Positions 38,135 to 48,308 of a DNA stretch of 64,000 bases are shown piece by piece (the first letter of the stretch is position 1; each line of letters begins with the position of its first letter). The stretch spans positions 40,644-104,643 of the IMG/VR virus record IMGVR_UViG_3300033489_000003; one strand, given 5' to 3'. Position numbers and translations under genes: made by a program. The notes below the pieces were generated by a model. It was not told the DNA's origin. It did not search any database and was given only the letters and a program-made list of their open reading frames with translations. Source of the DNA: a virus.

Positions 38135-38692
38135 ATGTCGTTCGCCTGGCCAGCACGCTCGTTCGCGATTCTCGAGGCTGCTCTCGAGTGGGAGCACAAC
38201 GAGCCCCTGCTGGCGCTCGCGCATTTCGCGATCAACCGCGTCAACGTCGAGCGGTTCGAGTCGTACGTGCTGCGCGGACCGGGATGTTGGGAGTGGCAAG
38301 GGCGAAGATTGCCGGCCGGCTACGGGATTCTCCAGTTTGATCGACGCATCTACTACGCACATCGCTTTGCTTGGATGCGGCTGAATGGTCCAATCACCAG
38401 CGATATACAGGTCTGTCACAAATGCGACAACCCGCCATGCTGCCGGGACGATCATCACTTTCTCGGTACGGCCACTGAAAACGCACAGGACTCCGCATCG
38501 AAGGGCCGACGAACTGGCGCGCGGCTGAGCGCTGAAGAGCGCCGGACCATCTGCGATCTTAGCATCGGCGCCAACTCCTCTCGCCTTATCGAGATAGCTG
38601 CCGAGTTCGGTGTCTCGTACACGACGGTAGCGGCGTATGCGAAGGGCCGAAGAGATCCAACCATCAGGACCCGTGCCGGAGAAGCCGCATGA
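38135..38692 (+). CDS. HNH homing endonuclease with a C-terminal HTH
   Basis: CWEWQG...GYG...AHRFAW...VCHKCDNPPCC..DH.FLGT..ENAQD. Confidence 0.9.
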   Translation: MSFAWPARSFAILEAALEWEHNEPLLALAHFAINRVNVERFESYVLRGPGCWEWQGRRLPAGYGILQFDRRIYYAHRFAWMRLNGPITSDIQVCHKCDNPPCCRDDHHFLGTATENAQDSASKGRRTGARLSAEERRTICDLSIGANSSRLIEIAAEFGVSYTTVAAYAKGRRDPTIRTRAGEAA

Positions 38693-39478
38693 CCCCCACC
38701 CTCCACCCGAAAGCCACCGCCCATGCGCACGCTGCGATGCCGGTACTACGAGCACGTCGACACAGTCCGGTGGTGCGGCTTCGTGGAGCCGCCGAGTCGG
38801 CTGTGGGTCGGCTTTCTTGGTCCAGACGGCAAGCTGCGGATCTTCTACCGGCGCGACCGGGAGACGGGCGCGGTGCCGTTGGAGCTGCCGGCGACCTAGC
38901 GCTTCTTGGGCGGCACGGACTTGGGCGGGGCGGGCTCGCGCTGCCACGCGACGGCGGCGCCGCACATGCCGGCTTCGGTCCGCTCGGTGCACGGTGGGTA
39001 GAGCTCGTTTTGCGCGAGCAAGATTCGGTTCGTGTGATTTCGGCTGCAAACGCAGCGATAAACGCCGGTGTTCGGAACTGTCTCGCCGGTTGTTCCCATT
39101 CTGATCTCCGTAAGCTGCCTTCTTTGGCAGGGTCGGCATGGTCGCCTGGGTCGCGGCGGACCGCAAGGGTGGGCCATGCGGCATAGCAGCGCCCCCGCCC
39201 GCCCGATCAGCCGCGTTGCGGAAACGGCCCGTCCGCCCGCAAGCGCCGCCCGCGTGCGTATTCCGCAGCTGAGACCGCTGCGCGGTCTCTCGATTGCGGA
39301 GCGGCACGAGGCGGAGCCGTTCGTGTGCCAGGCGTCGTGCGCGGAGAATGCGGATGCTGATTCGACCGTGCGCGTGCGGGTCGGGCCGCTGGAAGTCGTC
39401 GTGATGTTGTGCCGCTTGTGTGCGGCGAAGTTGCCGGCACGGCTCCGCGCTGTGCCGATCAAGGAGCCCCGTTAGGTC

Positions 39479-39952
39479 ATGCCCGCTGAGTCGTCGTCCA
39501 CCAAAATCCCTACTGCACATCAGGTTCACAAGGGGGAACTTAGCCATCGCTTGTCTGTTCAGTCCACACTGAACGGACTTGGGTCACTTGCTCAAGGTAC
39601 TGAACAGCGCCCCAAGCACATAGGGCTACGTCCGCATCCGTTGCCGCCGTCGCACGCGGTGTACGCGCCAACGGATCGCGACAGCACACGCGTGCTTCTG
39701 ATGCCGAGCGGCAGGGTCGGCGTCATCTTCTCGCGCGACGCTGACGGCAATCGACCCACGCAAAAGCTCGTCTCGTCGCTTGCGATTGCGGACACGATGG
39801 TGCGTGAGCACAAGGCGCGGAAGGTCATTGTCACGTTCGTCGCGTGGCTGGCGAACCTGATGCCGCGCGTAGGCGGCTCGTCGCCGCGCATCGATGTTGG
39901 CCGGTCTGGCATCAGGTCGAAACCGGGCGCGCGAAAGGCTGGCGCGCGATGA
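39479..39952 (+). CDS. Hypothetical protein
   Basis: ATGA overlap with the helicase. Confidence 0.45.
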   Translation: MPAESSSTKIPTAHQVHKGELSHRLSVQSTLNGLGSLAQGTEQRPKHIGLRPHPLPPSHAVYAPTDRDSTRVLLMPSGRVGVIFSRDADGNRPTQKLVSSLAIADTMVREHKARKVIVTFVAWLANLMPRVGGSSPRIDVGRSGIRSKPGARKAGAR

Positions 39953-41475
39953 GCGACGAAAAGTACGGGGCGATGCGCGGCTTTCAGGAGTCGCTCTATT
40001 CGTTGGCTGTCGACATTGTCGACGGCAGACGTACTGAGCGAACCTTCGTTTTGAGCGCTACGCCTGGCGGCGGGAAGACGCGGGCCTATTCGATCTTTGC
40101 CCACGAACTGCTCGAGGCCGGCATTGTTCAGAAAGTTCTCATCGTTGTGCCGCGCGACTCGCTTCGCTCGCAAGTGCGAGAGGGTTTTACGGATGGGCAA
40201 TACCTTTTCCGCGCGATCATAGACGACCCGAAGCAAATCAAGTCTGGCCAGGAGAGCATCCTTGCCCGTTCTGGATGGGTCACTACGTACCAAGCAATCG
40301 CCGCAGCGCCGAAGCGGTGGCAACGTCTTGTTGCGGACTTCAGGCTTCTTCTTGTTCTGGATGAAGGACATCACCTGTCCGAGCGCCCGACCGATGATCC
40401 CGAGATCGCGGAGGGCGCCGCTTGGTGGCAAAGCCTTAAACCGATCGCCGATGTGGCTGAAAAGATTTTAGTCGGCAGCGGCACGCTTTGGCGTGAGCGT
40501 GGCCAAAAGATTCCGTTGGTCCCGTACCGAGAAGACGGTTCTCTCGTTGCCGACGTGACCTACACGCGACGAGAGGCGCTTGCTGAAAAGGCCATTCTGC
40601 CTATCAACTTCAAACGCATCGACGGCCGCGCGATCTACGCCTCCAAGGGCAACGTCAAAAACGTCACGCTGTCGAGCGCCAAGAAGTCGGAAAACGCGAA
40701 GGCTCTCAAGACGCTTCTTCTGTCGCCCAACTATCGCGACGACGTTCTGGGCAGGCTTTCCGAGTGGGCGACGTATCGCCGGACGACCTATCCGTCCCGC
40801 GCGATCGTTGTCACGCATAGTCAATCGGCGGCGCGGTCAATCGCCGACATTGTCGGCAAACAGCTAGGCGTCAAGGTAGCTCTTGCCATAAGCGATGATG
40901 CGGCCAGTAAACGCCATCTGAAGGCGTTTCGTCGAGACCGGGTTGGCGATGTTCTCGTTACGGTTGGCATGGCCCACGAAGGGCTGGACGTGCCGGATTG
41001 CACGCATCTCATCTGCTTGACCGATGTCCGTTCTCCTGGATGGCTAGAGCAGATGTTCGGACGCGTGACGCGCTTCGATCCTTCCTGCGGTCTTACGTGG
41101 GAGCAGCAATGCGCGTACATCTATGTGCCAGATGATCCGCCGATGCGTGCGGTCATAGATGGCCTATTGGCCGAACAGCATCTTGCTTGGGAGGAGATGG
41201 CGCGCGGCAAGCCGAAAGGCATTCGCGTTCACCCGTTGGCCACCTTCCGACCGCTTGAAGGGTCGGCTGGAGAGACGCGCTACTCGTCCGTTGACGGCAA
41301 TTTCACCGATGAGCAGTCGCGGCTGATCATGCGCACGCTGAAGACGTGGCCAGAACTGGAAGTGCTCCCGTGGCACAAGGTGCTTGAGATTGGCACCCAC
41401 ACGGACTGGAACACGTTCAACGGACAAGGCCACGGCGGGGTCGGTTCGGCGGAGGCGACTGGCGATGCGAGCTGA
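39949..41475 (+). CDS. Superfamily 2 (DExH) helicase
   Basis: TPGGGKT, DEGHH, SGT, EGLDVP, QMFGRVTR. Confidence 0.9.
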   Translation: MSDEKYGAMRGFQESLYSLAVDIVDGRRTERTFVLSATPGGGKTRAYSIFAHELLEAGIVQKVLIVVPRDSLRSQVREGFTDGQYLFRAIIDDPKQIKSGQESILARSGWVTTYQAIAAAPKRWQRLVADFRLLLVLDEGHHLSERPTDDPEIAEGAAWWQSLKPIADVAEKILVGSGTLWRERGQKIPLVPYREDGSLVADVTYTRREALAEKAILPINFKRIDGRAIYASKGNVKNVTLSSAKKSENAKALKTLLLSPNYRDDVLGRLSEWATYRRTTYPSRAIVVTHSQSAARSIADIVGKQLGVKVALAISDDAASKRHLKAFRRDRVGDVLVTVGMAHEGLDVPDCTHLICLTDVRSPGWLEQMFGRVTRFDPSCGLTWEQQCAYIYVPDDPPMRAVIDGLLAEQHLAWEEMARGKPKGIRVHPLATFRPLEGSAGETRYSSVDGNFTDEQSRLIMRTLKTWPELEVLPWHKVLEIGTHTDWNTFNGQGHGGVGSAEATGDAS

Positions 41476-42247
41476 TCCCGGCATAGGTCGCGAGTCCGCC
41501 CCGATCGGCTCGGTCGAGTGGGCGCAGAACGTCCGCCTGCACTTTCAAACCGCCATGAAGCGCTTGGAAGAGGCGCCAGAGCGGGTGCAGGCGTTCGTCG
41601 ACCAGGTCATCCAACACCGAGCGTGGACGCTCATGAGCAAGCCAGATGGGTCGTTCTTTTCCACCTGGGATGAGTTCTGCGCGTTCCCGCAGCCGTACGG
41701 ACTCGGTAAGCCGTGGGACGAGTTCAGGCCATTCCTAGAGGCGGCCAAGGGCAAGAAGGTGGTGCAACTGGGAACGGTGGCGGAAGACCGCCGTCGAATG
41801 AATGGGGCGAACCAGCACACAGGGGCCAAAGAGGATTCTCCGCCCGGTGCGGAGAATGCAGACACGCCAGACGTAGACACGCGCCTCCGCGCCATCCTCC
41901 GTGCCCCCGAGCAGGTACGCGACCTCTACCGCGCCGACCTCATCGGGCAGAAGGAAGCGGCGAGGCTAGGGCCCAAGAATCCTACTCCGGAGGAATCGGC
42001 AAAGGTTACCGAGGTCGCGATCGCAGTGGCGGATGTGGTCAAGACGGCCCCTAAACCGGCGACGTCGCGCGCTAAGCGGGACATCCAGCGGCAGGTCAAT
42101 AAGACGGTGCGCGAGATGACCGGGTCAGAGCCGGCCCCGGCCGAGCGACTCTTCCGCGAGCTCGTGAAACTTCATCCCGACGACCGACGGACATTCTTCG
42201 GTGCCGCGATTCAACGATTCTCGAACGAGATTGGATGGGCGCGATGA
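41465..42247 (+). CDS. Hypothetical DNA-binding protein
   Basis: Overlaps the helicase end; F.TWDEFC..P.PYGLG motif. Confidence 0.6.
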   Translation: MRADPGIGRESAPIGSVEWAQNVRLHFQTAMKRLEEAPERVQAFVDQVIQHRAWTLMSKPDGSFFSTWDEFCAFPQPYGLGKPWDEFRPFLEAAKGKKVVQLGTVAEDRRRMNGANQHTGAKEDSPPGAENADTPDVDTRLRAILRAPEQVRDLYRADLIGQKEAARLGPKNPTPEESAKVTEVAIAVADVVKTAPKPATSRAKRDIQRQVNKTVREMTGSEPAPAERLFRELVKLHPDDRRTFFGAAIQRFSNEIGWAR

Positions 42248-42395
42248 CGGTATTCTGTTTCGCTGCTTCCGGAAACGCACATGCACTCTCGCCGGGCGAC
42301 CTTGCCGATAACGCATTAGCAAATCTACGGGCACAAGGGTTGGTGACCGAAAGCCGCGGCGCGGACAGCCAGCGCCAGAAGTCTGACGGAGGCGA

Positions 42396-43583
42396 GTGAT
42401 GACGTTTCAAGTTGGCGATCGCGTACGGCTAAAACTGACCGGTGCTGTCGGAACGATCCTAAGTCGCCCCACCATCGGCGGGCGCGTTGACTACGAGCAG
42501 GACTTCCGACCGTCGGCCGTATGGGAGACTGACGATACCGAGCTAGAGCCCCACGTTGACGTATTCCCGATCGCGGCGGACAAGGACCCGTGGCGGGAGA
42601 GCGAGCCGCGTGCCGAACGTGGCGCCAGCTACTGTGGATCCTTGGGGTCTTCTGTTGGCTACAACTCCGGCGGAGTTTGGGCCTGCACCCGCGCGCAACA
42701 CAGCACCGGGCACCATGTCTCGCGTGATCTTGATGGCAACGTCAACGCCCGCTGGCCGCAAGCCGCGCCAGCCGAGAAGCGCGGCAACTGGAAGCGCGAG
42801 CCGCCGCCAGTCGGCGCCGTTGTCACCTACGGCAACGGCCTCAACGAGATTTTCGCTACGGTGTTTCGTGTCGACGGCGACGCCATCCTTGCCCGCTTTT
42901 CGTCGGGCGTGGAGTGGGAGATCGAGCGCGCCGCCTGGGAACTCGGCAGCGTCAATTTGCGGACTGAGAAGCGCGGTCCGCGGGTCGGCGATGAGGTTGT
43001 TCTAGCCGAGCCTAAGCCGAACTCTGTCGGCCGAGTCGGTGAGCGCGGGGCCGTAGACCGCCACGACGGCGACCACTTCCACGTGATGTTTGAGAGGTGG
43101 GGATCCACGCTGCATATGTCGGAGTTTGGAACTGTTGTCGTGCCCCCGGCCGAGTGGGATGCACGGCAGAAGCGCGACACGGAGCGTGCGCCGGCACTGA
43201 AGGTGTTCGATGGCGAATCTGGACAACGTCTCATCTCCGAACCGCCGCCGGAAGGTCGCTTCGACTTCATCAAAAACGGCGACGTCACCGGCACCTATCC
43301 GACGCCGAAGTGTCAGCCGACAACGCCGGAGTCGATCAAAGCCGCCGCTGATGCGCTGACGCGGCACCTCGAATCCGTGACGGTTCACCCGTCGGCTGTT
43401 GCCCGCAGTCTCTTCGAGCTCGACTTCGCCGAGCACGCGATTCGCGTCGGCGACGACGGCCGCGGCGGCATCGGCAAGGCCGCAGTTCTCGAGCGCATGT
43501 GGTCGCGCGCGTCGGCGGAGACGCTGGCGGAGTACGGCTGGCGCGCGGCGATAGTTCTCAAGAGAGCGGGAGAGATTCAATGA
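42396..43583 (+). CDS. Multidomain hypothetical protein with repeated VGD.V (SH3/KOW-like) modules
   Basis: FQVGDRVRL, PVGAVV, RVGDEVVL. Confidence 0.6.
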   Translation: MMTFQVGDRVRLKLTGAVGTILSRPTIGGRVDYEQDFRPSAVWETDDTELEPHVDVFPIAADKDPWRESEPRAERGASYCGSLGSSVGYNSGGVWACTRAQHSTGHHVSRDLDGNVNARWPQAAPAEKRGNWKREPPPVGAVVTYGNGLNEIFATVFRVDGDAILARFSSGVEWEIERAAWELGSVNLRTEKRGPRVGDEVVLAEPKPNSVGRVGERGAVDRHDGDHFHVMFERWGSTLHMSEFGTVVVPPAEWDARQKRDTERAPALKVFDGESGQRLISEPPPEGRFDFIKNGDVTGTYPTPKCQPTTPESIKAAADALTRHLESVTVHPSAVARSLFELDFAEHAIRVGDDGRGGIGKAAVLERMWSRASAETLAEYGWRAAIVLKRAGEIQ

Positions 43584-44890
43584 ACGACAACGCCAAGCTG
43601 ACGTATTCGCTCCTCGGCTTCTACCTCGCGGGTGCGCTGTCGATGCTCATCCCGACGCCGTTGAACTTCGTTGCCGGCGGCGTCGCTGGCTTGGTTGCGT
43701 ACGCGCTATCGGCGAGGTTAGCGGCATGACGCTCCTCACCCTCACCCTCGAAGCCGGCGACATCGTCTCCGCGTCCGCGCTCGACGCCGCTGCGCCGGTC
43801 GTTGCGGTTGCGGGGCTCGCCATCTTCATCGTGCTGGCGGTGCTGGAGATGCGGGAAATGCCGCGGGGAAGGAGGCGGTTGTGAAGGTCTTTATCTGGGA
43901 AGAGTGCGACTACGTCAGCGACCGCTACCACGACGACGGCGGTCTTACGGTTGTCGCGCGTGGTCTGGAAGCCGCTAGAAGGCTCATTGCGGAGACGTGC
44001 CCAAAGAAGTGCGCGGCACTAACCGCTGACCCGACGCTGGAACTCGACGTCGTCGACCCGGGAGAAGAGCGGATCTTCGTATTCAGAAACGCAGGGTGCT
44101 GCTGATGAAACGCGCCCTCATCATCCTCTGCGTCCTCTTCCTCGCGTGCGACCGCGCCGACGAGCTCCTGGCGTCCGCCGTCCTGGAGGCGCTTGCGGAG
44201 CCGGCGGTGCCGCACAGTGACCACGCAGCCGACTGTGCGCGGGGCGAGGCGCGCATGCTGTCGCCGGATGTGCAGGCTACCGTTGACTGCCGGCATATCG
44301 ACGCAGGAAGGCGGGCGCGATGAAGTCCGAAAAAACATGCGTGCACTTTCGCGGCATCCAGCACGATACCTGTCTGGCGGGCGTCGTCGTGCGCTCGGTG
44401 CGCGTGGTGCCGGAGAAAGGCCCGTATCGCTTGCCCTGCTTGCCGGTGATCGGCGGCGGCGACATTCCGAACAATTGCGAGCAACGCCGCTATCCCACGG
44501 CGGAAGAGGTCGCTGCGGACCACGCGATGTGGGAGCGCGCCTTCGCCGCGTTCGCCGCTGGCAAGTCGCCATGTTGTGACGCTCCGCTCGAGTCTCGCGG
44601 GACAGCCAGGTTCTGCTCCAAATGCCGTGAGTTCGTTGGTCGCGAGTGCGGCGCCGAAGACATTGGAGACGGCGCCAAATGAAATCTCACAAGCCACGCG
44701 CCATCAATCGCGACTTCGTCGCCATGCAGGCGAAGACGTCGAAGGGCAAGCGCGTCGGCGAGTCGTTCGTGCGTCCGCTGTTGCCGGGTGAGACGAAGCG
44801 GACGGCGGGCACGCTGTTCGCCGAATCGATCTTGAATCAGCCAGACGGCACGCCGTGGCCAATCCCGAAGCCGATTCGACGGAGGAGCGC

Positions 44891-45619
44891 GTGAAACGCG
44901 ACACCGTGTCTTCTGGCGCCGTCCTTGCGGCGCTGCGCAACGGACCGTTTCGGGAGCCGCTTAGAAAGCGATGCCGCACAGACAGGCCCTTTGGTTCAAG
45001 GCGCGGACAGCACTTCATAGTTCGCGACCGTGCGGATCAATTCCGCAGTGGAAAATTAATTCCAGTCAACGTCGGATTTAGGTGCGAATGGTGCGCATGC
45101 ACCGTCGAGTTAAACCGATCGATCCGATCGCACGGAGAGCCGCGCTTCTGTTCCAACATTTGTAATCGATTGGCTGCTTGGCAGACATCAGAAAAGCAAC
45201 AAGCGTGCGCCATGCGCGGCAAGGTCAACCCACAGTGGAAAGGGGACCATGCGTCGGCGCAGGCCGGGAGAGAGCGCGCGAGATCTATCTATCGACGGGT
45301 CGGCCCTTGCGACCGGTGCGGCAGGTCGCCTGCCGAGCGGCACCACAGCGACGGTAACACGCTCAATAATGAGCCTCGCAACGTTGACCTTCTATGCCGT
45401 CGCTGTCACATGCAAGAGGACGGTAGAGCTTCTGCGTTTATGGCGGCGCGGTCCTTTTCCGGACAACGTCGGGGCCGTCTAACGGAAGACGACGCGAGGC
45501 GCATTCGTGAACGCGTAGCGACCGGTGCCACGCGGCGTTCGATGGCGGCCGAATACGGCGTGAGCGCGACAACAATCAGGCGCGTTGTTAGACGCGAGAG
45601 TTTTGGTTGGGTCTCATGA
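44891..45619 (+). CDS. HNH endonuclease (Zn ribbon-HNH-HTH) with an N-terminus copied from the downstream gene
   Basis: GGAGGAG RBS; CEWC..FCSNIC, NPQWKG, CDRC..HHSDGN..NN...N...LCRRCH, C-terminal HTH. Confidence 0.85.
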   Translation: MKRDTVSSGAVLAALRNGPFREPLRKRCRTDRPFGSRRGQHFIVRDRADQFRSGKLIPVNVGFRCEWCACTVELNRSIRSHGEPRFCSNICNRLAAWQTSEKQQACAMRGKVNPQWKGDHASAQAGRERARSIYRRVGPCDRCGRSPAERHHSDGNTLNNEPRNVDLLCRRCHMQEDGRASAFMAARSFSGQRRGRLTEDDARRIRERVATGATRRSMAAEYGVSATTIRRVVRRESFGWVS

Positions 45620-46452
45620 AGGAGCGGAAGTACACATCCAGCAACGTGTTGGCCAGTCTCCGCGCTGGCCCGTTTCGAGAACCGGCTCACGCGTTCTTGT
45701 ACGAAGTGCGCAACGGCACCGGTTACAGCCGCAAGGTAACGAGGTCAGCGGACGCCATCGTAGTGTCGTGCTGGCCGTCGCGTGGGATTTGGATCGCCGG
45801 CATCGAGGTCAAGGTGTCGCGCCAGGACTGGAAGAACGAACTCGACCAGCCAGAGAAAGCCGCAGAAATTCTGAAGTGGTGTGACTTTTGGTGGGTCGCC
45901 GCCCCGGCTGGCGTTGTGGAACTTGCCGAAGTTCCGCAAACGTGGGGCGCGTTCGAGGCGCCAGGTCCACGCGGTAGTGTAAAGATGCTCCGCGAGGCGC
46001 CGCGGCTGACGCCGGAGCCGTGGGATCGCTTGTTCGTTGCGAGCATGCTGCGCAATGCGGCAGCGACGCAAGAGGCCGCTAGGCTCGCAGGTCGCGACGA
46101 AGCGCACCAGAAAGCGCGCGAAGAGTTCGGCGTCGATGCAATCGAGAAGATGCGCGGCGAATTGGTGGAAGCACAGCGCGAGCGCGACCGCTTCGAGCAA
46201 CAGCTCACATACAAGACGAATGACTACGACAACCTCATCCGCAATGTGCTCGCATTTGAGATTGAGGCAGGCTTGCCGGCGCAATCGGTCGCGATCAGGT
46301 CCCGCGGGTGGGATCGGACGAATACGGTAGGCGCGCAATTTAAAGCCGCACAGCTACTCGCTGAGCGCCCGCCCGGACAGCTCGCGAAACACTTCCGCGA
46401 TGTCGCAGACGCCCTCGACGCTGTCGCTCATGCCACGAAGGTTGCCTCATGA
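45616..46452 (+). CDS. MmcB-like PD-(D/E)XK nuclease family protein
   Basis: EVRNGTG, ADAI....WPSRG, GIEVKVSR.DW..EL..PEK, CDFWWVAAP. Confidence 0.75.
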   Translation: MKERKYTSSNVLASLRAGPFREPAHAFLYEVRNGTGYSRKVTRSADAIVVSCWPSRGIWIAGIEVKVSRQDWKNELDQPEKAAEILKWCDFWWVAAPAGVVELAEVPQTWGAFEAPGPRGSVKMLREAPRLTPEPWDRLFVASMLRNAAATQEAARLAGRDEAHQKAREEFGVDAIEKMRGELVEAQRERDRFEQQLTYKTNDYDNLIRNVLAFEIEAGLPAQSVAIRSRGWDRTNTVGAQFKAAQLLAERPPGQLAKHFRDVADALDAVAHATKVAS

Positions 46453-48029
46453 CGGCCCGCACGGTCTTCGGGTACTCTGTCGACGCCTCGGCGATCGATT
46501 GGTACGGGCGCTGCTCGACCAGAGAAGCTGCCATCGCTGAAGCACCGGTTTTTCTGGAACTCTGCCCGGGTGATGTTTTCTATGTTTGTCGCGGCGAATA
46601 CGCGTCCCCGTCCGACCACGTGCCGAGCGCCTTCCACCTGAAGGACTGGATCGTCACGGCGATGGAAGAGTCGCTCGACGATCGCAACAGCATGGATGAC
46701 CAGGGATTCGACGTGAAGGAAGGCGCGTTCGAAGAACTCGAGGCGTATCTGAAAACGTGGTCGGAGAAGAATCTGTCGGCAAGAAAATGGTTGCTGCAAG
46801 GGGAGCCCGAAAGAATCCAATTTGGAAGTGGTGTCAACGGTATTGCGGCGGGGATTGAAAAGGAGAGCGCGTGATGTTCTACGTTGAGTGTCTTCTAATC
46901 GCCGCAGCAGGCGTATCCGGATACTTCGTCGGCTGGGTCCTTACGCGCGAGCAGGGCAAGCAAAATGCGATGCGGCTGTGTGCCTTGCAGCATCGTCTAG
47001 ACCTCGCACTCGAGAAAGCGGCGCGACGCGTATCGCTGCCGCCGGCCCCCGCGGCGTTGGCGCTCGACGCCACCATCGCGTACCAGATCGCGCAACGCGA
47101 GGCCGCGCAGCGAGTGCCGGCCGAGATGGTGTTCCTAAGCCTCAGCACGGAGATTTCGCAGCCGATATTCGGCGATTTCCCGCGGCTCATTGACGACAAT
47201 GACGTGCTGGTTATTCGGCACGATTGGGGGAAAAACTAGGATGAAACTCACCGTAAACGTCAAGCTAACGCCCGCCGAACTGGCAGCCGCGTTCTGCGAA
47301 CTGGACGATGAGGCGCAGGCGCAGTTCTTCATCGACGCCGCTCGCATTGCTGAGACGTGGGGCGGCGCCGGGCCGGCGATGCAGTGGTTCACGGTCGGCA
47401 GGCATCTAAAAACGTGCGCGTGTTCGACGTACGAAGCGCGCGCGATGGTGCGCGAGATAGCTGACGCGATCGAAATGGAGACCGCATGATCCGCACCGTA
47501 ACCGCCATCCCGCTCGCGATCGCCGCTGGCGTCGTCACGTTCGTCGGCGTCCTGCGGCTCGCGCGGCAGGAGATGAAGAGAGAGCGGCTCGCGGCACCGC
47601 CAATCACTCTCACGCCGCATGAGCACCGCACTGTTTTGCAATACAGGGGTCGCAAATTCCTCCAGCGTTTTCTGGTGAAGCGATGACGAAGCGTAAGCCG
47701 TTCCATAGTTGGAGACTACTCGCGCAGTCTGGGTCACGCCGGTGGGCGATCGACACGGACGACAAGGAGGGTATCGAAGGGCTACTACCGCCGCTGCCGC
47801 CCTTTGATGAACTCGTCATCCGAGACGCGCCAGCCGTCCACCTTGAGCGCATGGACACGCGGCACCTGCACATCCAGATCGGCGACGTGACGCTGTCGGC
47901 ATGGGTCGACCGCGCTGGCAAAACTCGCCTCCGTCTCATCGATGGCAAGTTCGTCCCTCGGACCTGGGACATCGTGCCGCTGGACGATGGTGAGCTCGTG
48001 CGTGGCGTGCGGAGTAAGCGGGGCAAGCG

Positions 48030-48308
48030 ATGAAGACCTGTTCCAAGTGCCACGACGCAAAGCCGCTCGCGTGCTTCGGCCTTCAGTCCACGTCCGCATG
48101 CGGGAGACGCGCCGCGTGCCGCCTCTGCGAAGCGGAGCGGATGCGCGGATACAGAGCCAGCGGCGCTGGCGTGAACGCCAAAGGCACGGGCGGGCTGTCG
48201 CATCGCGAGATCGCGCGGCGGCTTGGGATGAGTAAATCGAGAATCCAACAACTCGAGGCGTCGGCCATGCGCAAGCTGCGGGCGGCGCTCGCGGAGGGCT
48301 GGAGATGA
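48030..48308 (+). CDS. Zn ribbon + sigma70 region 4-like HTH protein
   Basis: CSKC..CRLC; LSHREIARRLGMSKSRIQQLEASAMRKLR. Confidence 0.78.
   Translation: MKTCSKCHDAKPLACFGLQSTSACGRRAACRLCEAERMRGYRASGAGVNAKGTGGLSHREIARRLGMSKSRIQQLEASAMRKLRAALAEGWR

Noticed and set aside
37730-39547. 605-aa - strand ORF and other long antisense ORFs (e.g. 19228-20109, 22315-23235)
   Set aside because: Shadow frames of real genes in high-GC DNA, Arg/Pro-rich and without motifs.
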